The position numbers and the translations under genes were made by a program. A DNA stretch of 63,447 bases, counting the filler, from Choristocarpus tenellus KU-1152 (taxonomy: Eukaryota > Protista > Phaeophyceae): NCBI GenBank assembly GCA_964200185.2. It is 9 parts of 9 records of this genome, joined end to end, with 100 filler letters (N's around TTAATTAATTAA, not from the genome) between each part and the next. Parts side by side here need not be neighbours in the genome. Positions count along the whole stretch, not along the records: positions 1 to 20,076 come from CAXNAD020000418.1; 8 more parts are not named here. One strand, written 5' to 3'. Numbering within the stretch: the stretch's first letter is position 1; each line of letters begins with the position of its first letter. Under the pieces are notes generated by a model, which did no database searches, had not been told where the DNA came from, and was given only the letters and a program-made list of their open reading frames with translations. This document shows positions 1-13,200 of this stretch, piece after piece.

Positions 1-3000
1 CCATCCTGCCTAGGCCACGCCAATGAAGTTTTGCCCCCTACCTTTCTTGACATAAGCCCCCCTCCCCCCCCCCCTGGTCCTACTCACACACGATGGTATG
101 GCTTCTTGGTTGATGCAGCCCATGAAGGGAGGGATGAGGAAGACATGTGACCACCTAACACAACCTGTGGGTCGTAGCGCACCATACCCCTTGATGGCTA
201 GCACAAGCAATCTGGAATCTAGACGCAGACGCCTGGCTAGGTGGGCTGCAGACCCCAGAGCATGCAAGAGGGAGCTTTCAGTGTGGTCGAAAGCCGTGGA
301 AGCTGCTCGGAGGGACCTTGCTGAGGTAGGTCGCACAGTCGGAGGTGATACGCAAGACATACTTGCTGCTAGGGGTATTGATGTCAGTACCTACCAGATG
401 GTGTTATTAGTGGCTGTATTATGAATAGGAGACCGTTCTTTATGGTGAATTTGGAGGTATTTGGAGTCAAAGGTGGTCGTCACTGTGTGGCAACCACGCT
501 ATTGTTGTCATTGAGGGATTCGAAATAGAGGCAGGGGAGAGGTGATTGGTAGAGTGTGTGAGTGTGTCGGGGGTGAGGGGTGCTCAGGTTTTGTCCTCTC
601 TAGACAGATAAGTTTCCTCGCATGTTTTTCTACGCTTCTGTACCTCTTGAGAACATTGTGATGCTGGTAATTGCTTTGTATGGGTGAGACCTGAAAGGTT
701 TTTATAAGATCCAGTGGTTTGCAAAACATTAGGAGTTAGTGCCACTTTTGTGATGCTGTCTTTTGCAGGACCATCTTTTCGTGTGGTAGAGTTTCTGGAA
801 TGAATAGGCTAAGAACACTACCTGGGGTGCAGGTGTTCTTAGCGCTGTTTTTTTAAGTGTAGTTACTGTTTATATCACTTATATTCCTTGTTTCCTGATC
901 TACATACCCCTCAGCACATGCCTACAATATCCCAAATCATCTCTCCCTTACATTCCTTTTTTCCTGATTTCCACACCCCTCAGCATCCACCTATAATCTC
1001 CCAAATCATCTCTCCCCTGACTTGTTTGTGTTGATGCTCTTTGAATGTAATCACTCCAGAGTTCCTATGAGAGTATTCCACTTGACAAATAATGTGTGTC
1101 ACTAGGACTGTACGTAGCTGCATGTTACAATATATTGCCAGCCCTTCTACTATACCGTTTAGTCCAAACAGGTAAGGATCACAGCACTTCTCCAAATCCC
1201 CTGCCCCTGTGCCCCCCCATTATTGTGTGCAATCCTAATGTTGAGTAGTGCCAGTCATGTTTCCTCTATAACTCCCTCTATAACTTCCAATTAAACTCAT
1301 GAAAAATGAATCCCCTTAGGTGGAAAGGGCAGATACTAAACGAGAGAGCTGGTACCTAACTCTCCGTGCTCATCTCATGGCAAAAAGAGGGGCATACCAA
1401 TCCTTGGGGTATCCCCCCAGTAACTCTTCACTTCTGTCTGGGGGCAATAGCGAATGCCCCTGTAGCAGTCGTTCACTGGGTTGCAACTCTTCATATCAAG
1501 ACAGATATTGCAGGCTAGGGGGAATAGACCCGTGTCACAGCGGAGAGGGAGTAAAGGAAGGCTTTGGCTTTTGTGATGATGTAGAGCTGGGGTGGCTGGA
1601 GAAGAGGGCGATGAAGGAGGCTGGTCTTGCAGTGGAGCGGTTATCAGAGGGTTTGTGCGGAGGGTGGGAAGAGGAGGAAGAGGAAGGAGTCCCATGCAGA
1701 TTTGATATGGAGAAGGTGAGTTTGTTAGGGTGAGGCTGTGTGGAGGGCCTCTTTGCAGCTGTTCTTCACCTTGAATCTTTCCTCTTGGATTTTTTTGTTT
1801 AGGAGACGAGGGATTTTTGTAAGTGGTTCTCTTTCTCAATTGTTGAATTGCCTTTCCACCCTCTTGCAGCCTTGGGTGAGGTCACGCCTATATTTGTATA
1901 CGTGGTATCCATTTCACCCATGCTCTGTGCATCATAATCTAAATGTTTACTCCTGCGATGTGCCTGCATATGTCGGTTTGGGAACTTTCCTTGGGAAGAT
2001 TCTTGGGGTACTGGCCGAGCGCAGCGAGCAAGCAAGCATTGCTCAGATTGACAACAGCTACCTTCAAGCAGCCTTGAAAGAATCCGCCGACCAGAGGGCT
2101 GATTGTGAGGAGGTCAAGCAAGTCAATAATGGGTGCATGGGAGTGGGGGATGCAGGAGAGGCGGGGGTGGATTCAGGAACAGGGGAAACTTCTTTGGCGT
2201 CAGGCTTGGTCCTCGAGTCCAGACGATGTGCTCGATCTTGTTGCAGCCATGGTTCAGGATTTTCCTCCCCACATCCGGAGGATGAGAAATTGCTGTGTCG
2301 GTGGGATGAGATTGTGAAGGCGGTGGAGGTATTTAGTTCGGTGAATGAGCAGGAAGGAGAGCAAAGGGAGGTTTTGGGAGGTGAGGTTGGCGTTGGAGAT
2401 TTTTCAACTTAGTCCTTTTTTGGTCCTGACAAGGTCAGTGGATGAGTCTGTGCCGCTGGTGTCTATTTTCATGAGTCTGTTGCATACAGTTTCCAAACAA
2501 TTTTTTTTATAATGTCTAATAGTTGACTGTCGATTGGTGAATTGAGAAGCAGTGCTGCAAAAGGCCAAGGTCAGGATAGGTCTGTAGCAGGGTTTCAAGT
2601 GGGGGAGGCGAATTGGAGGACTGAGAGTGAGTAGTTTTCTGGTTGATTGTAGTGTTCTACATTCATGTCCCCTGGCACATGGGATTATCTCAGTTTGGCT
2701 ATTTTTGGGGAGAGGGGGAGGAGAAACTTGAAGGGGTGAATCTCTGGGTGGTTTCGTGGGGTTGAATGTTGTCCATGGCATTTCTGATGGGACAAGGCAG
2801 AGAAAGGGAAACTGACTAGTCAGGTAATTATGAGCAAACTTGCATTTTGTAGGAGGTATATGCTTCATGGGTATTTCACATGGAAGGGGGTGATTGTGAA
2901 GGAGGCAAGCGTACAATACTATGTGTCCATTATGTAGTCATACAGTGGTGGCCACAATTGCTGATGAAAAGTGCATTGCAAGGGGTGAATATGACCTGAT

Positions 3001-3425
3001 CAGCTGTCTAATTTATTTTGTGGGCTAAGCCATGTTATAATAGCTGCAGAAATGTCATTTATCTGTCTAATATTCTTGATAGCTATGGAGTAGGGCTCGA
3101 AAGTTACACTCACCTCTTGGAATGATTGGGAGCAAATTTGAAATTCCAAGTGGCTCTGCCATGACTGGTCAGCCCTTTTCATCATCTTCCTCTCATCATC
3201 CCCATAGAACACCAGTAGCATTTTAAACAAGGGGGGTTGAGGGTTGGTGGGCAACACAGTGTTATAGGGGAAGAAACTTTGCAGTGTATGGTAGTGTAAT
3301 ACTCATAGTACGTGGTATGTGATAAGCCTTGCACCACCCTGCTTCTCCAGCAAGTATATTTTTGCTGGGTACAAAAGTGCTGACTTCCCATCAAGCTGAC
3401 ACAATTTCATTCAGGCTTTAACTCA

Positions 3426-3682
3426 GAGTGGAAGTATCTTAGAGGGTACGAGTTTTGCCCCTTTTGTCCATTTGGAGCTTGATTTCCCACGAGTTTTTTA
3501 TGACAATTTATCTACTCCGAAATGTTTTGGAGTAGCTAAAATGTATACGTTATGAAATAGTGTGTCCGGTACAAGGATATTGATATTCCCTAACATACAC
3601 GATAACCAAAATTACATCAAAATCAACATTGGATTTTGGCCCCTGAACGGACGCGGCTCTACCCTCTAAGATACTTTGACTG
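3426..3682. mobile_element. MITE family A, copy 1
   Basis: TIR GAGTGGAAGTATCTTAGAGGGTA...TACCCTCTAAGATACTTTGACTG; 3-bp TSD TCA (3423-25 / 3683-85); internal sequence is the reverse complement of the copies at 6692 and 32423. Confidence 0.85.
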
Positions 3683-3849
3683 TCACCCTCATTTATAGGC
3701 TACTGAATAATCACCCCATAACCCTACGCCATTGTTATTTTGTCTCCTAAAACATGCTGTTTTTATTTGTAGGAGTCGACACAGGCAATGAACCTCTTGC
3801 TCCTCCAGGTTGTGAGCCCCTGCCAACCATGAGGGTCCCCTACCTATCC

Positions 3850-5257
3850 TGGTCGAAACAAGACTCCTTCAGGGGATGCTTCTATCGTTATATGCCAAGT
3901 CTCAGGCATGATGGTCATTTCCACCACCACAAGAGTAGCCAAGGCACCAATATCACCAATGGAAGCAGCGGAACCAGGGGAACCAATGAACTCAAAGGGA
4001 GGATGCAGTGGTTTTTTAATGGACTGCCAGCGCTGGCATCTAATATGCAAGAAGTGAGTGGACCAACAAGTTGTTCTGTGACCAAGGGCTAGGACTTTGG
4101 TGCAGGCTTTCATGTTGAGGGCTAGGTTAAAAGGAATAGAGTTTGGTTGACCATTGGCTCAAAATATCTTGGGGGGGGGGGGAGTCTACACCAGGGTGTC
4201 CATTTCAGCATGACCAGGAGAAGTGCACATATATTATCCATCCGACGCATGCAACCAAACTCACCCAAAAATCGCGACATTGAAAAATTGGCCCCGAATG
4301 GACAGCTGCCACACCCCCCCCCCCCCCCCCCCCCCCCCCCCCNNNNNNNNNNACAGCTGCCACCCCCCCCACCCCCCCTAGATACTTTGAGCCATTGGGA
4401 GTAAGTAAGGGTTGGGAATTGCGGCAATGCTTTGTACCACATGCCAACAACAGCAGGCTTGTAGTGCTGTGCAATGATTACGATATCAATTTGATAGTGA
4501 ATGCCAATGGGTGATTGGAAAGTTGTGGTTTTTGCCTGTGCTATTTTTGCGGTTTTGTGATGTGTGCCTCATATCTCTGCACTGTGATATTTGACATGAA
4601 CATTATTCTTGTGGAGCTCCCTAAGAGGTTAAATTGGAATGCCCTCAGGATTCCTGTCTGTACAATGTGTAGAATGGTGCCAACTGCATTGATCTATAGA
4701 ATGGGGGACAATAAAATCTTGACATCTGGTTGAGGAGGGGTCTGTCTGGCCACATTTTTGTCTAGAAGATGTCTCAGGTTCAATGGACTTAACCTCTGGC
4801 TATAGGGAATTCACCCTAACCTTTACCCTGATGGAGGGTGTACAATTTTGGTCAATCTGGCCTATAGGCTATTCTATATTATGTGTATTATTTTGTGGTT
4901 GGCATCCATCTTGGCTTGACAAGAACCTGGTCAAGGTATGCAAGTGTTCAGTGCCTCTTCTCACTCCACGATACCACTCTCTCCCCAATGACCGACCACA
5001 CTCAATCTCCTTTCCCATGCCCGCTTGATATCATGCAAAACTCTCATCAGGAGCAGCAACAGCACGAGAAAATCACAGGAAAGATCAACAATTTGATCCA
5101 CCAGGTACGATCACGGAAAAGCTTGCTGGATGACAACCAGCGTGTTCTTGTAGAGGCGCGGTGCAAGGCAGAAGAGTCAGCAGCACAAGTGTTGTTGGCA
5201 GAGGCGGCAATGTTTAGAGCTGCAAGGATGCACCAACGACAAGCGGATGGATTTTGA
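3850..5257 (+). pseudogene. Possible degenerate MULE-like transposase remnant, interrupted by a MITE
   Basis: Frameshifted ISTTTRV..GTN near 3915-3952 resembles the MULE TT-R-EG-N motif; Cys-rich SCG..C..MC.H region near 4520-4575 followed by LPKRLNW resembles a SWIM finger; coiled-coil-like ORF ends at 5257. Motifs need frameshifts to assemble. Confidence 0.3.
4156..4393. mobile_element. MITE family B, copy 1
   Basis: Termini GGCTCAAAATATC / GATACTTTGAGCC with poly-G and poly-C subterminal runs; TSD ATT; internal sequence shared with 25096, 49687 and 50395; 10 Ns inside the poly-C. Confidence 0.85.
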
Positions 5258-6221
5258 ACAATATGTGACTAGGAAGGGTATGTGGCGAGGGGAAGGGGGA
5301 GGAGGAGTACTGAGCTTTTCCCCTGTGGCCTGTAGCAGTGATAGATCTGTGTAGCTTGGTTCTTGTGCGAGTGGATTGGACTACCCTGATGCTGTGAGGT
5401 TTGATCCCTGTTCAACTTGTCATATACTGGTTGCGTATGGGGGTGGTGAGATTTGATTAGTGTTCTCATGCCTATCATTGCCTTTTTTGTTGCACCTGCA
5501 CAACAACGGCGGGGAAACAGGGATAGGCTTGCCTGTGTTCTCCAATGCACAAATCTGCTCCAACTATGGACCATATTGAAGGTGCAATTGACCATAGGTT
5601 AGCCATGGCTTGTAGTTTTGGTGTCTTATGCTTATTATCATTTTGGTTTGTGGTTGTGATTATCATCCTAGGAGAGTTTCGGCTGGTGTGACCCTCCACA
5701 CACAGCCTATGGTAATTTACAGACTCCCCATCAAGTATCGAATACATATTTTGCACTTGGTGAGAGGGGCTTTTGAGTACAGGTAGGTGGTAGGTAGGTG
5801 TTGTTTGTCATATGTGCATGGTTAGGGTGATATTTGACTGCTTTGTTGCACCTTTGTTCTCCCACACTATTGTCTTGTTGTAACGCTGGAGGATTTGCAA
5901 ACATAAGGGAAGTATTGCAGTGTGTGATATCGATTGTGTTAATGTATGTACTAGCAGTATATACTAGATATTATTGTGTTGGAAACCTGCCAATAGAAGT
6001 GCACGGGGAAAAAAACACACTGGAACACATGTACCAGAAACACACACATTCAGGACTTGCATCAACCCTTCCTGAGGAGGGGTACCATAGCTACACACAA
6101 TTGTATTTTCTGAGATGGCAAGCAGTTTACTGCCTTCTAACCTGACTCTGCAGCTGTCACCCACTAAGTGACTGTCATGAGTTTCCATACGCATTTCTTT
6201 TTTATGACTCTTATAGTACGG

Positions 6222-6326
6222 TGTTGGGACACATTCACACAACAATGTTGGGACACATTCACACAACAATGTTGGGACACATTCACACAACAATGTTGGG
6301 ACACATTCACACAACAATGTTGGGAC
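6222..6326. repeat. 24-bp minisatellite (TGTTGGGACACATTCACACAACAA, about 4.4 copies)
   Basis: Perfect tandem units read directly; they produce the CWDTFTQQ repeat in the ORF track. Confidence 0.95.
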
Positions 6327-6691
6327 CTCATGCTATGCTCAGTGGTATGTTAAGCAAGAAGTGACCTTGCTATCTTGTTTACAGCATTGAGCACTATTGC
6401 AACAATGATGTTCAAGTATCAATCAAATGGATGTGTGAGTGTTAAGATACACCTTACAGATGGCTGGTCAAACACACTTTTTGGGGTTGAAGAGCAAAAC
6501 TAATACACATTCATATATTTTTCATTGCTGAGGATGAGTTTCATGTACAAACTGAGAGTCCTTCAAAGCAAGTGTGCTACACAGTATCCTGGTAGTCAAT
6601 CTTGGATAGTGAGAAGACTTTTTGGGGTTTTTTTCTGCATCTCCCCCCAGCTTAGGATTCAGTGACGGATTAATTGAGGAAACTAGTAAGT

Positions 6692-6972
6692 AAGTCAAAG
6701 TATCTTGGAAGGTAGAGCCGCGTCCATTTGGGGGCGAAAATCCAATGTTACGACTTTTATGTAATTTTGGCTATCGTATTTGCTGGGAAGTGTCAAAATC
6801 CTTGTTCAGGGCAAATACATGATACCTACTCTGAAACATTTCGGCATAGGAAAACCGCAGGAAAAAAACGTGCGAAGCGAAGCCCCAAACGGATAAACAG
6901 GGCAAAAATGGTACCCTCCTGACACCTCACGAATTGAGCTGGCTATATAGATCATAACTGATACTTTCACTC
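6692..6972. mobile_element. MITE family A, copy 2
   Basis: Termini AAGTCAAAGTATC / GATACTTTCACTC; 4-bp TSD AAGT; about 30 bp of extra sequence before the right terminus. Confidence 0.8.
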
Positions 6973-8069
6973 AAGTATTAGCTATTGTCAGAGTAAAAAG
7001 TAATCTGTTGTTTTAGAACACACTCCTATCTGATTCTGTGATACAGCTTGAATTCTTAGCACTCATGAAGACTAATATGGTCTGTCTTGTACCCAGGATG
7101 GATAGTATGCACTAACGGAGTATGTGCTATAATGGTATGGGTTGAGACTGGCCTACCCTTTGTAAGGATTAAAGCGTTGATAAGAAGCTTTTGTGTCTGC
7201 ACATAAAACAAGGTTTCACAACAGGTAACTTTGTCAAAGGAACAGGTAGAGCTCCTTACCTCAGAACACATGACCAAAGATGTGCACACGATGAGTGTGA
7301 CGATTACACTTCTTTGGGGTTCATCACTAATGGTAATAGATTTGCGTGTTGTGCTATTTAGATTTCTAAAATCCATCTTGTGTAGAGTATGACATGCTCC
7401 TGTACATTACCAGGACTGCTGTTGGCTAATGAACACTGACATACTGTTATTTTAACAACAAAATTATTGTATTTTTGAGGTTCATCACCCTCCAGTTCCT
7501 CCAGCGATTATTTGTCCGAAATTTCAGACTTGGTGTTGAGGTTGGAGCTAATATTCCTGGTGTTCGTCACAAATACGACAGCTCTGTTACTGAAATCTTA
7601 GGCACTCTCATTGAATTGATCATTGGATTGAAAGGTCTAGAGTTAGCAGTAGAGGTGTGTATGCAAACCTGGGCAGTGGGTCAGGCAGGCCCTGACCTGA
7701 TAAGGTGGATTCTTTCCTCATTATTACACCCCTTTTATAGTGCTACCCTAGTGTTACACAGCTGTACCAACTGTTTGCCGTATAGGAAGGGCTTTGTTAA
7801 ATGCAATATAGACTATTGTTGTGCTTGTCGGTGTTGTTGTGTATTCTTTCTCCCCCCTATCACCAAACAATTATTTATAAAACCTTACGAGCATCAAGCA
7901 ATACTTAGAGCACGTAAGTCTATACCTCTACTACTAATGTAGTATATACAACTACAAGAAATTACTACTACTACAAAATTCAAGTTTTACACGAACGCTG
8001 CATTGCAAACAGGAGAATGCCCTGCAATCAACACATACACGTTTTCTTTGCAGTTGAAATTACACCATT

Positions 8070-8540
8070 TTGAGGGAGTATTCTGATTATTATCAATGTG
8101 CCAATTTCCGACCCTTCGGTATGTTTACGCCTCGTCTCCAAGAAAAAGAAATTTGTAAAGTGGGTTTGGCTGCAGAGGTGAGGAGTGATGCAGGCTTCTC
8201 CTACCCCTCAAGGCCAGGACGATGCTATATCTTCATCAAGCTAAAGCAGCAGCAGGTCAATTACTGTTCTTGCTATTACGGAGTACCGGCAGAAATTTCA
8301 TCGTGATCCTACACTTCTTTCGTCCTAAGAATCTTGAAACCAAAATGGTTACACTCTTCTTATCAGTAGACTGAAGTACGACCTAATATTTTTACGATAT
8401 TGTAGTCATTACCCGCAGTGGTACTCAGTATATGCTATATGTGTGTCAAGGCAAGACGGTGATGTTTGCTGTCGTGGTTGACTCGAGACCCAGAGGGGTA
8501 ACCAGACGATGCCTTTCACACGAACTATTTCTTTGTACCT
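8070..8540 (+). pseudogene. Degenerate LINE-type reverse transcriptase fragment
   Basis: CANFRPFGM (cf. C.NYRPISL), AGF...YIFI (cf. Q.GFR..D.IF), and PRGVTRRCLSHELF near 8490-8530 (cf. GVRQGC.LSP.LF), in the expected order, with stops and frameshifts. Confidence 0.45.
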
Positions 8541-9491
8541 ATTTATTCCTACCTATTTGAACTGAGACGCAAGGGCCATTCTTGAACTTAGGACAGGCAT
8601 CTCGTAGAATTATGCAAAATATACAACGTTTTTACTACAAAACTCCAGAGTATACAGTATATTCGTACACCAATGTTTTGTTACGCGAAAGACTTCACTT
8701 TACTTAAGGTGTGAAAGTATCGTAAACTGCAACTTCATAGCTTTTTTCGTCAATACCACCAATCAGTGTCATGTATTGAACTGGGGGGGTTTCGCATAGC
8801 CGTTATACATGCACAAAACAAAACTAATGTCATCAGTCAATATCATGGACTCAACTTGGGGTGGGTGGTGGGATAGTGCATATGTGTAGTTTTTGAACTT
8901 CTACATCATCTTCAAACCCCTCATTCATTTTGTTGGGGTGAGGAAAACAGACAAAAAGTTGAATTTCCTGTGGGCTCTAAGTAAAAGATACTCTTGAACT
9001 CTTTTTGTGATCGTGTTTTTTCGCTCTGGGTAGGTGGGGTAACCTACACACTCAGGCAGACACTGCGTCAGTTGTGTTGCCTGGCGCATGTGAGAAATGC
9101 TTGAACTGACTGTCCACCACGTACAACAATAGTGTCGTGTGCCTTAAGCACAGGTAACTATAAATCACTAGATAAGAGGGTTGGCCTTTGTAGTACGCTC
9201 ATGTTGGATTACTGCTACCACTAACCATAGATACATGACTTTAGTATTTCTCGCACACCTTGCACTATATTTGGCCACCAATTGAACGCAATATGCTGGC
9301 CAGCTAACGATCTTTCAATCGATAGGTAGATGAGCCTTCTCTGCTGAGAGAGTTACATTAGTTCTAACTATGTAACTATGGGAAAGGTCACATCCATCCA
9401 AATCGCCAGGCTCGTTTTTTACAGATATATGTGTATGGGTCAGGGCAAGAATACCACCAGTAGTAGTAGCATGAAGCACCCTGCAAACTAA

Positions 9492-9861
9492 ACACATATC
9501 AATCTGCTTGTTTGTTGGTTGTATTTTCACACTATATTAATTCGTTGCCGCATCAGAGCTCGAACAGTGACCGCTGCACCTCCTCAAAAGTCTAGCACTA
9601 GTAATCATCGTCGATGTGGTTGGTCTCTTCGTACGCAGAGATGCACTATTATGAAAACTACTTATCACTTAGGCATCGCCAAGATCGAACACATATTAAT
9701 CTGCTTGTTTATTGGTTGAAATTTCACACTGTTCTATTTCACTGTCGCACCAGAGCTCGAACACTGACCGCTGTACCCCCTTCGAAATCTAGCACCAGCA
9801 ATCATCGTTGATGTGGTTGGTCTCTTCGTACGTAGAGATATATTATTGTGAAAAATACTTT
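9492..9861. repeat. Diverged tandem direct repeat, 2 units, period about 198 bp
   Basis: AATCTGCTTGTTT.TTGGTTG, CAGAGCTCGAACA.TGACCGCTG and GATGTGGTTGGTCTCTTCGTACG each occur in both units. Confidence 0.9.
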
Positions 9862-10229
9862 TAACTTGTTCGATGGATTCTCTTATTCGATAGGTCGTTT
9901 TGTACTGAGTAGGACAGAGTAGCTGGTTGGCACGTAAGTAGTCGATGCAAGTCGGATAGACCAGGGAAGCGCAAAGGTAAATGACCGAAGCAGATGTTAG
10001 TGAGTGTTGGTACCACCTTGACCATTCTTCGAGTGGAGTCGCTGGGAAAATCCTCTTGCTCCAAAGGGGCGGGTATTGCCTTAGCAAACAGGGTTGCTTA
10101 TTATCTGACAGGGGACACTATGGAGCGATCGTGTATTACCACAAATGGGTAATTCACTATCGGTAGTCACCGTCACCTATTTGTGCCACCTAACTTACCA
10201 CCACTGGTCGCTAGAGGAATTAATAGAAA

Positions 10230-13200
10230 AAGGAAATAAGATATAAATAAAAATACAGAAAAAAATCGTGAAACACCACCATATCAAACAATCACAAAAA
10301 CAGCTCGAATCATCAGGGTTTCATACCTTAGGTGTTCAGCGGAGAGGTCTACAGCCTGTTTGAAAGAGATGAATCAAATGAGAACGCGCAAGAGGTGATG
10401 GGTGATTTACGGTTTCGAGGAGAGAGTTTCAATCATTGAATCATCCAACAGACAAAGCTATCAACCCTATTACTACACTTTGTCAGTCTAACTTTAGAGG
10501 CGGTGGGCAACGTGACCTTTGGTGGATAGTCCTTGTCGACACCCGAAGATTCATTGGTTATCTGGCATCTTCAAACCCCCCAGTGTTAGCATTACTTCCC
10601 CTTGTACACGCTTCTGCTCCAGTGAAACGCACTAAACAAGGGGTCTTGCCTCATTTTCTTCCTATTCGTTTCCATCTCAAGCGAGAAACCCCTCTAACTC
10701 AATATATGGTTCGATATGAAGACGACCCGCAGGACGAGCTGCTTTGACTTGTTGTCGGATATGCAGGACTGACGATGACAGTTGTTGGAAACGCCGTCTC
10801 CCTTCCTAGAATGAATCAATTTCTGCACCCACCAAGTTCCTCAGGCAACCACAGTACACCACAGATTGAAACCACGAGGCAAACAAGCGTCCTATAATTA
10901 TAACCCTAAGGCTCCCAGCCATCTTTCTCCCCAGAGTGTTGTTTTCCCTCGGCGGGATCGCTCGCCACCAGTTGGGTTGAGACGCACGAAACTCCACCCT
11001 GAGTACTACACTGTATTTCTAGGTGGCGTCTGCTTTTTTTACCGCAAATCAGACTCAAGCGGTTTTAGATAATACATATTTTATACTTGAGGCAAGCTGC
11101 TGGTTGGGGCCACGATATCTCTCACCATAGTAATCAAGTGTTATCTCTACTTCACATCTATGTTGGCGAGAGAGTATGCTGGGAAATATTTGAGGGTATG
11201 GTAGAACTAAGTTTGACCCTACATACCGTTGCTCAATATTTCGAGCCTTCCCTCTGAACTATGTTCAGTGTTTTGTGATGTGACATCGGAGTGCAACTCC
11301 GCGTACCTCTTGTAGATTTTATGTGTCCCAACCTTCAAGACTGCTAGCGTTTGCGTCGTGCTTAGTTTCTTGGTGCATATATAGTCCAGATTTGGCTGCC
11401 CATTAAACTGTTCCCTCCGGAATTTGCTCCGGATCAAAGGTTCGTCTTTATTGGAGACCTAGAGCAATCGGGCCATGGATAATTCAACTTCTATAATGAT
11501 GATTTTTATACTAATTGAACCAGCCACTAGAGTAACACTAGAGGCAAGCACCGGCACAGGACAAGACTGATGATGTTGGTCTAACAGGATATACAACTTT
11601 GGTCAGATACTGTGCCATTAATTCTCCGACGCCCATCCTTCCCACACACGAATCGCCAGCAGGCACCGTGCTGGCGAGAACAAGAGAGATGACAAAGCTC
11701 CATACAAGGGGGCGTACGAGAATGTGGAGGCTAAACCAGTCAAACAACAACAGCGCAGGTACACCCCCCCCTCCTCCTATGTGTAACTTCATGTGTACAA
11801 CAAGCCACAGTACTTGGAAACTTTAAGGAACGGCATGGATTTGACTTTGCGGTTGGTTCGCCACTCCTTATCATAGAGATACCTGGCCGCCACTGAAGCT
11901 TCGTCGCGTTCTTACGAGTATTTTGAACTTGTGCAAAGCGGGTAGACCTTGTGCTCTGCCCGCATGTCAATATGAAAACCGCATGTAGTGAGTGGACGAC
12001 AAGACTGGTACCACCGCAAGAGTTGCTTGGAACTTGACTTTGCTAAGCACTTTTGCAAGTCCTGGCATGTGATGTGCGTCGTGGAGAGCACAGACGGGGT
12101 CTTACCCAAGTAATGCCACGAGTAATCAGTTTTAATGGTGCGAAATAGGTGCGATGGAAGAGACCCTTGTGGTGGAAATATATCACTGCCATCACCATGA
12201 CATGTATTTCGCGGAATTTCTACTTGTTCATTGCGGAGAAGTGCACAGATTGTGCGGACAAGACTGTAGTGACCCAATTGCCTTCGAAGCCTTACACAGT
12301 AGGTACTGCTCCGGATGAGTTAGGGATTATGAAATAGTGCATGCAGCTTACTAAAAACTCTAGACATGCATGGGAGGGTAGTGGAAGATGAGGGATAAAG
12401 GACTTTGTCCAAAGTTTGAGGGTTGGGGAGGTGACTGGCTGGAAACACATCAAGAGGCAATTGGTGGTGGAGAGTGGGGAAAATGGACATGAGATATAGG
12501 GGTGGTGTAAGGGGGTTTGAAGTGGAAATTATTGGTCACTCTGTATGTTATGCTGAATGCTGCCACGCAATACAACATTGTTCAAAAGACGCATGAAACA
12601 AGTATATCCTTCACTATAGTGGAAGCAAGTATGATTAACACTGCTTCATGGCTCAGGGAATGAGCAGGACGCCATAAAGGTTTTGCCTTTGAGTAACAGG
12701 CAGTGGCAGTGGGGTTTCTGTCAGACATTGGGCAGCAATTGCACGAGTGGAGAAAGGATTGCCCCAATGGGCATGGTGAGGAGGAAGAAGGGATATCCGA
12801 TGTTTTGGGCAAGTTTGTTTGTGGTGATAGGGTACCAGAGGGGAGACCACAAGCAAGGTAGTTCGAAGTAGTTGCTAGGGAGAGCTGGCACCAAGAAGCA
12901 GTACCCCAGAAGAGTGCAAGATCTGTGAGACAATGCTGAGTTGCAATTGATGGTGATGACAAATTGGTGCCTGTAGCTGTTGGAGGGAAAAAAGTCCTGT
13001 TCACCTTTATCACAGAACGAGCAATAAACATGATGGTGTATGTCACATGATGTTCTCGACACAATGTAATGTGCTGCTTGTTCCGAAGCATATAACAGGG
13101 AGCAACAACCAGCCCAAATTGGAGTTTCTGTACCATTCGAGGTCATTCCAGCATTAGGGCTCTGCACTTGAAGAAGACAGTACTTAATATGCCAAGGGAT

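Noticed and set aside
4147-4474. Pro/Gly-rich ORFs, and similar ORFs at 49781 and 50439 that resemble each other
   Set aside because: Translations of MITE family B and its homopolymer runs
6222-6326. 24-bp repeat as a CRISPR-like array
   Set aside because: Units are contiguous with no unique spacers, and there are no cas-like ORFs; simple minisatellite
10436-10747. Plus-strand WWIVLVDTRR as a Ulp1-like protease motif
   Set aside because: Catalytic His and QxxxxDCG are not seen; the conservation can be explained by coding on the opposite strand
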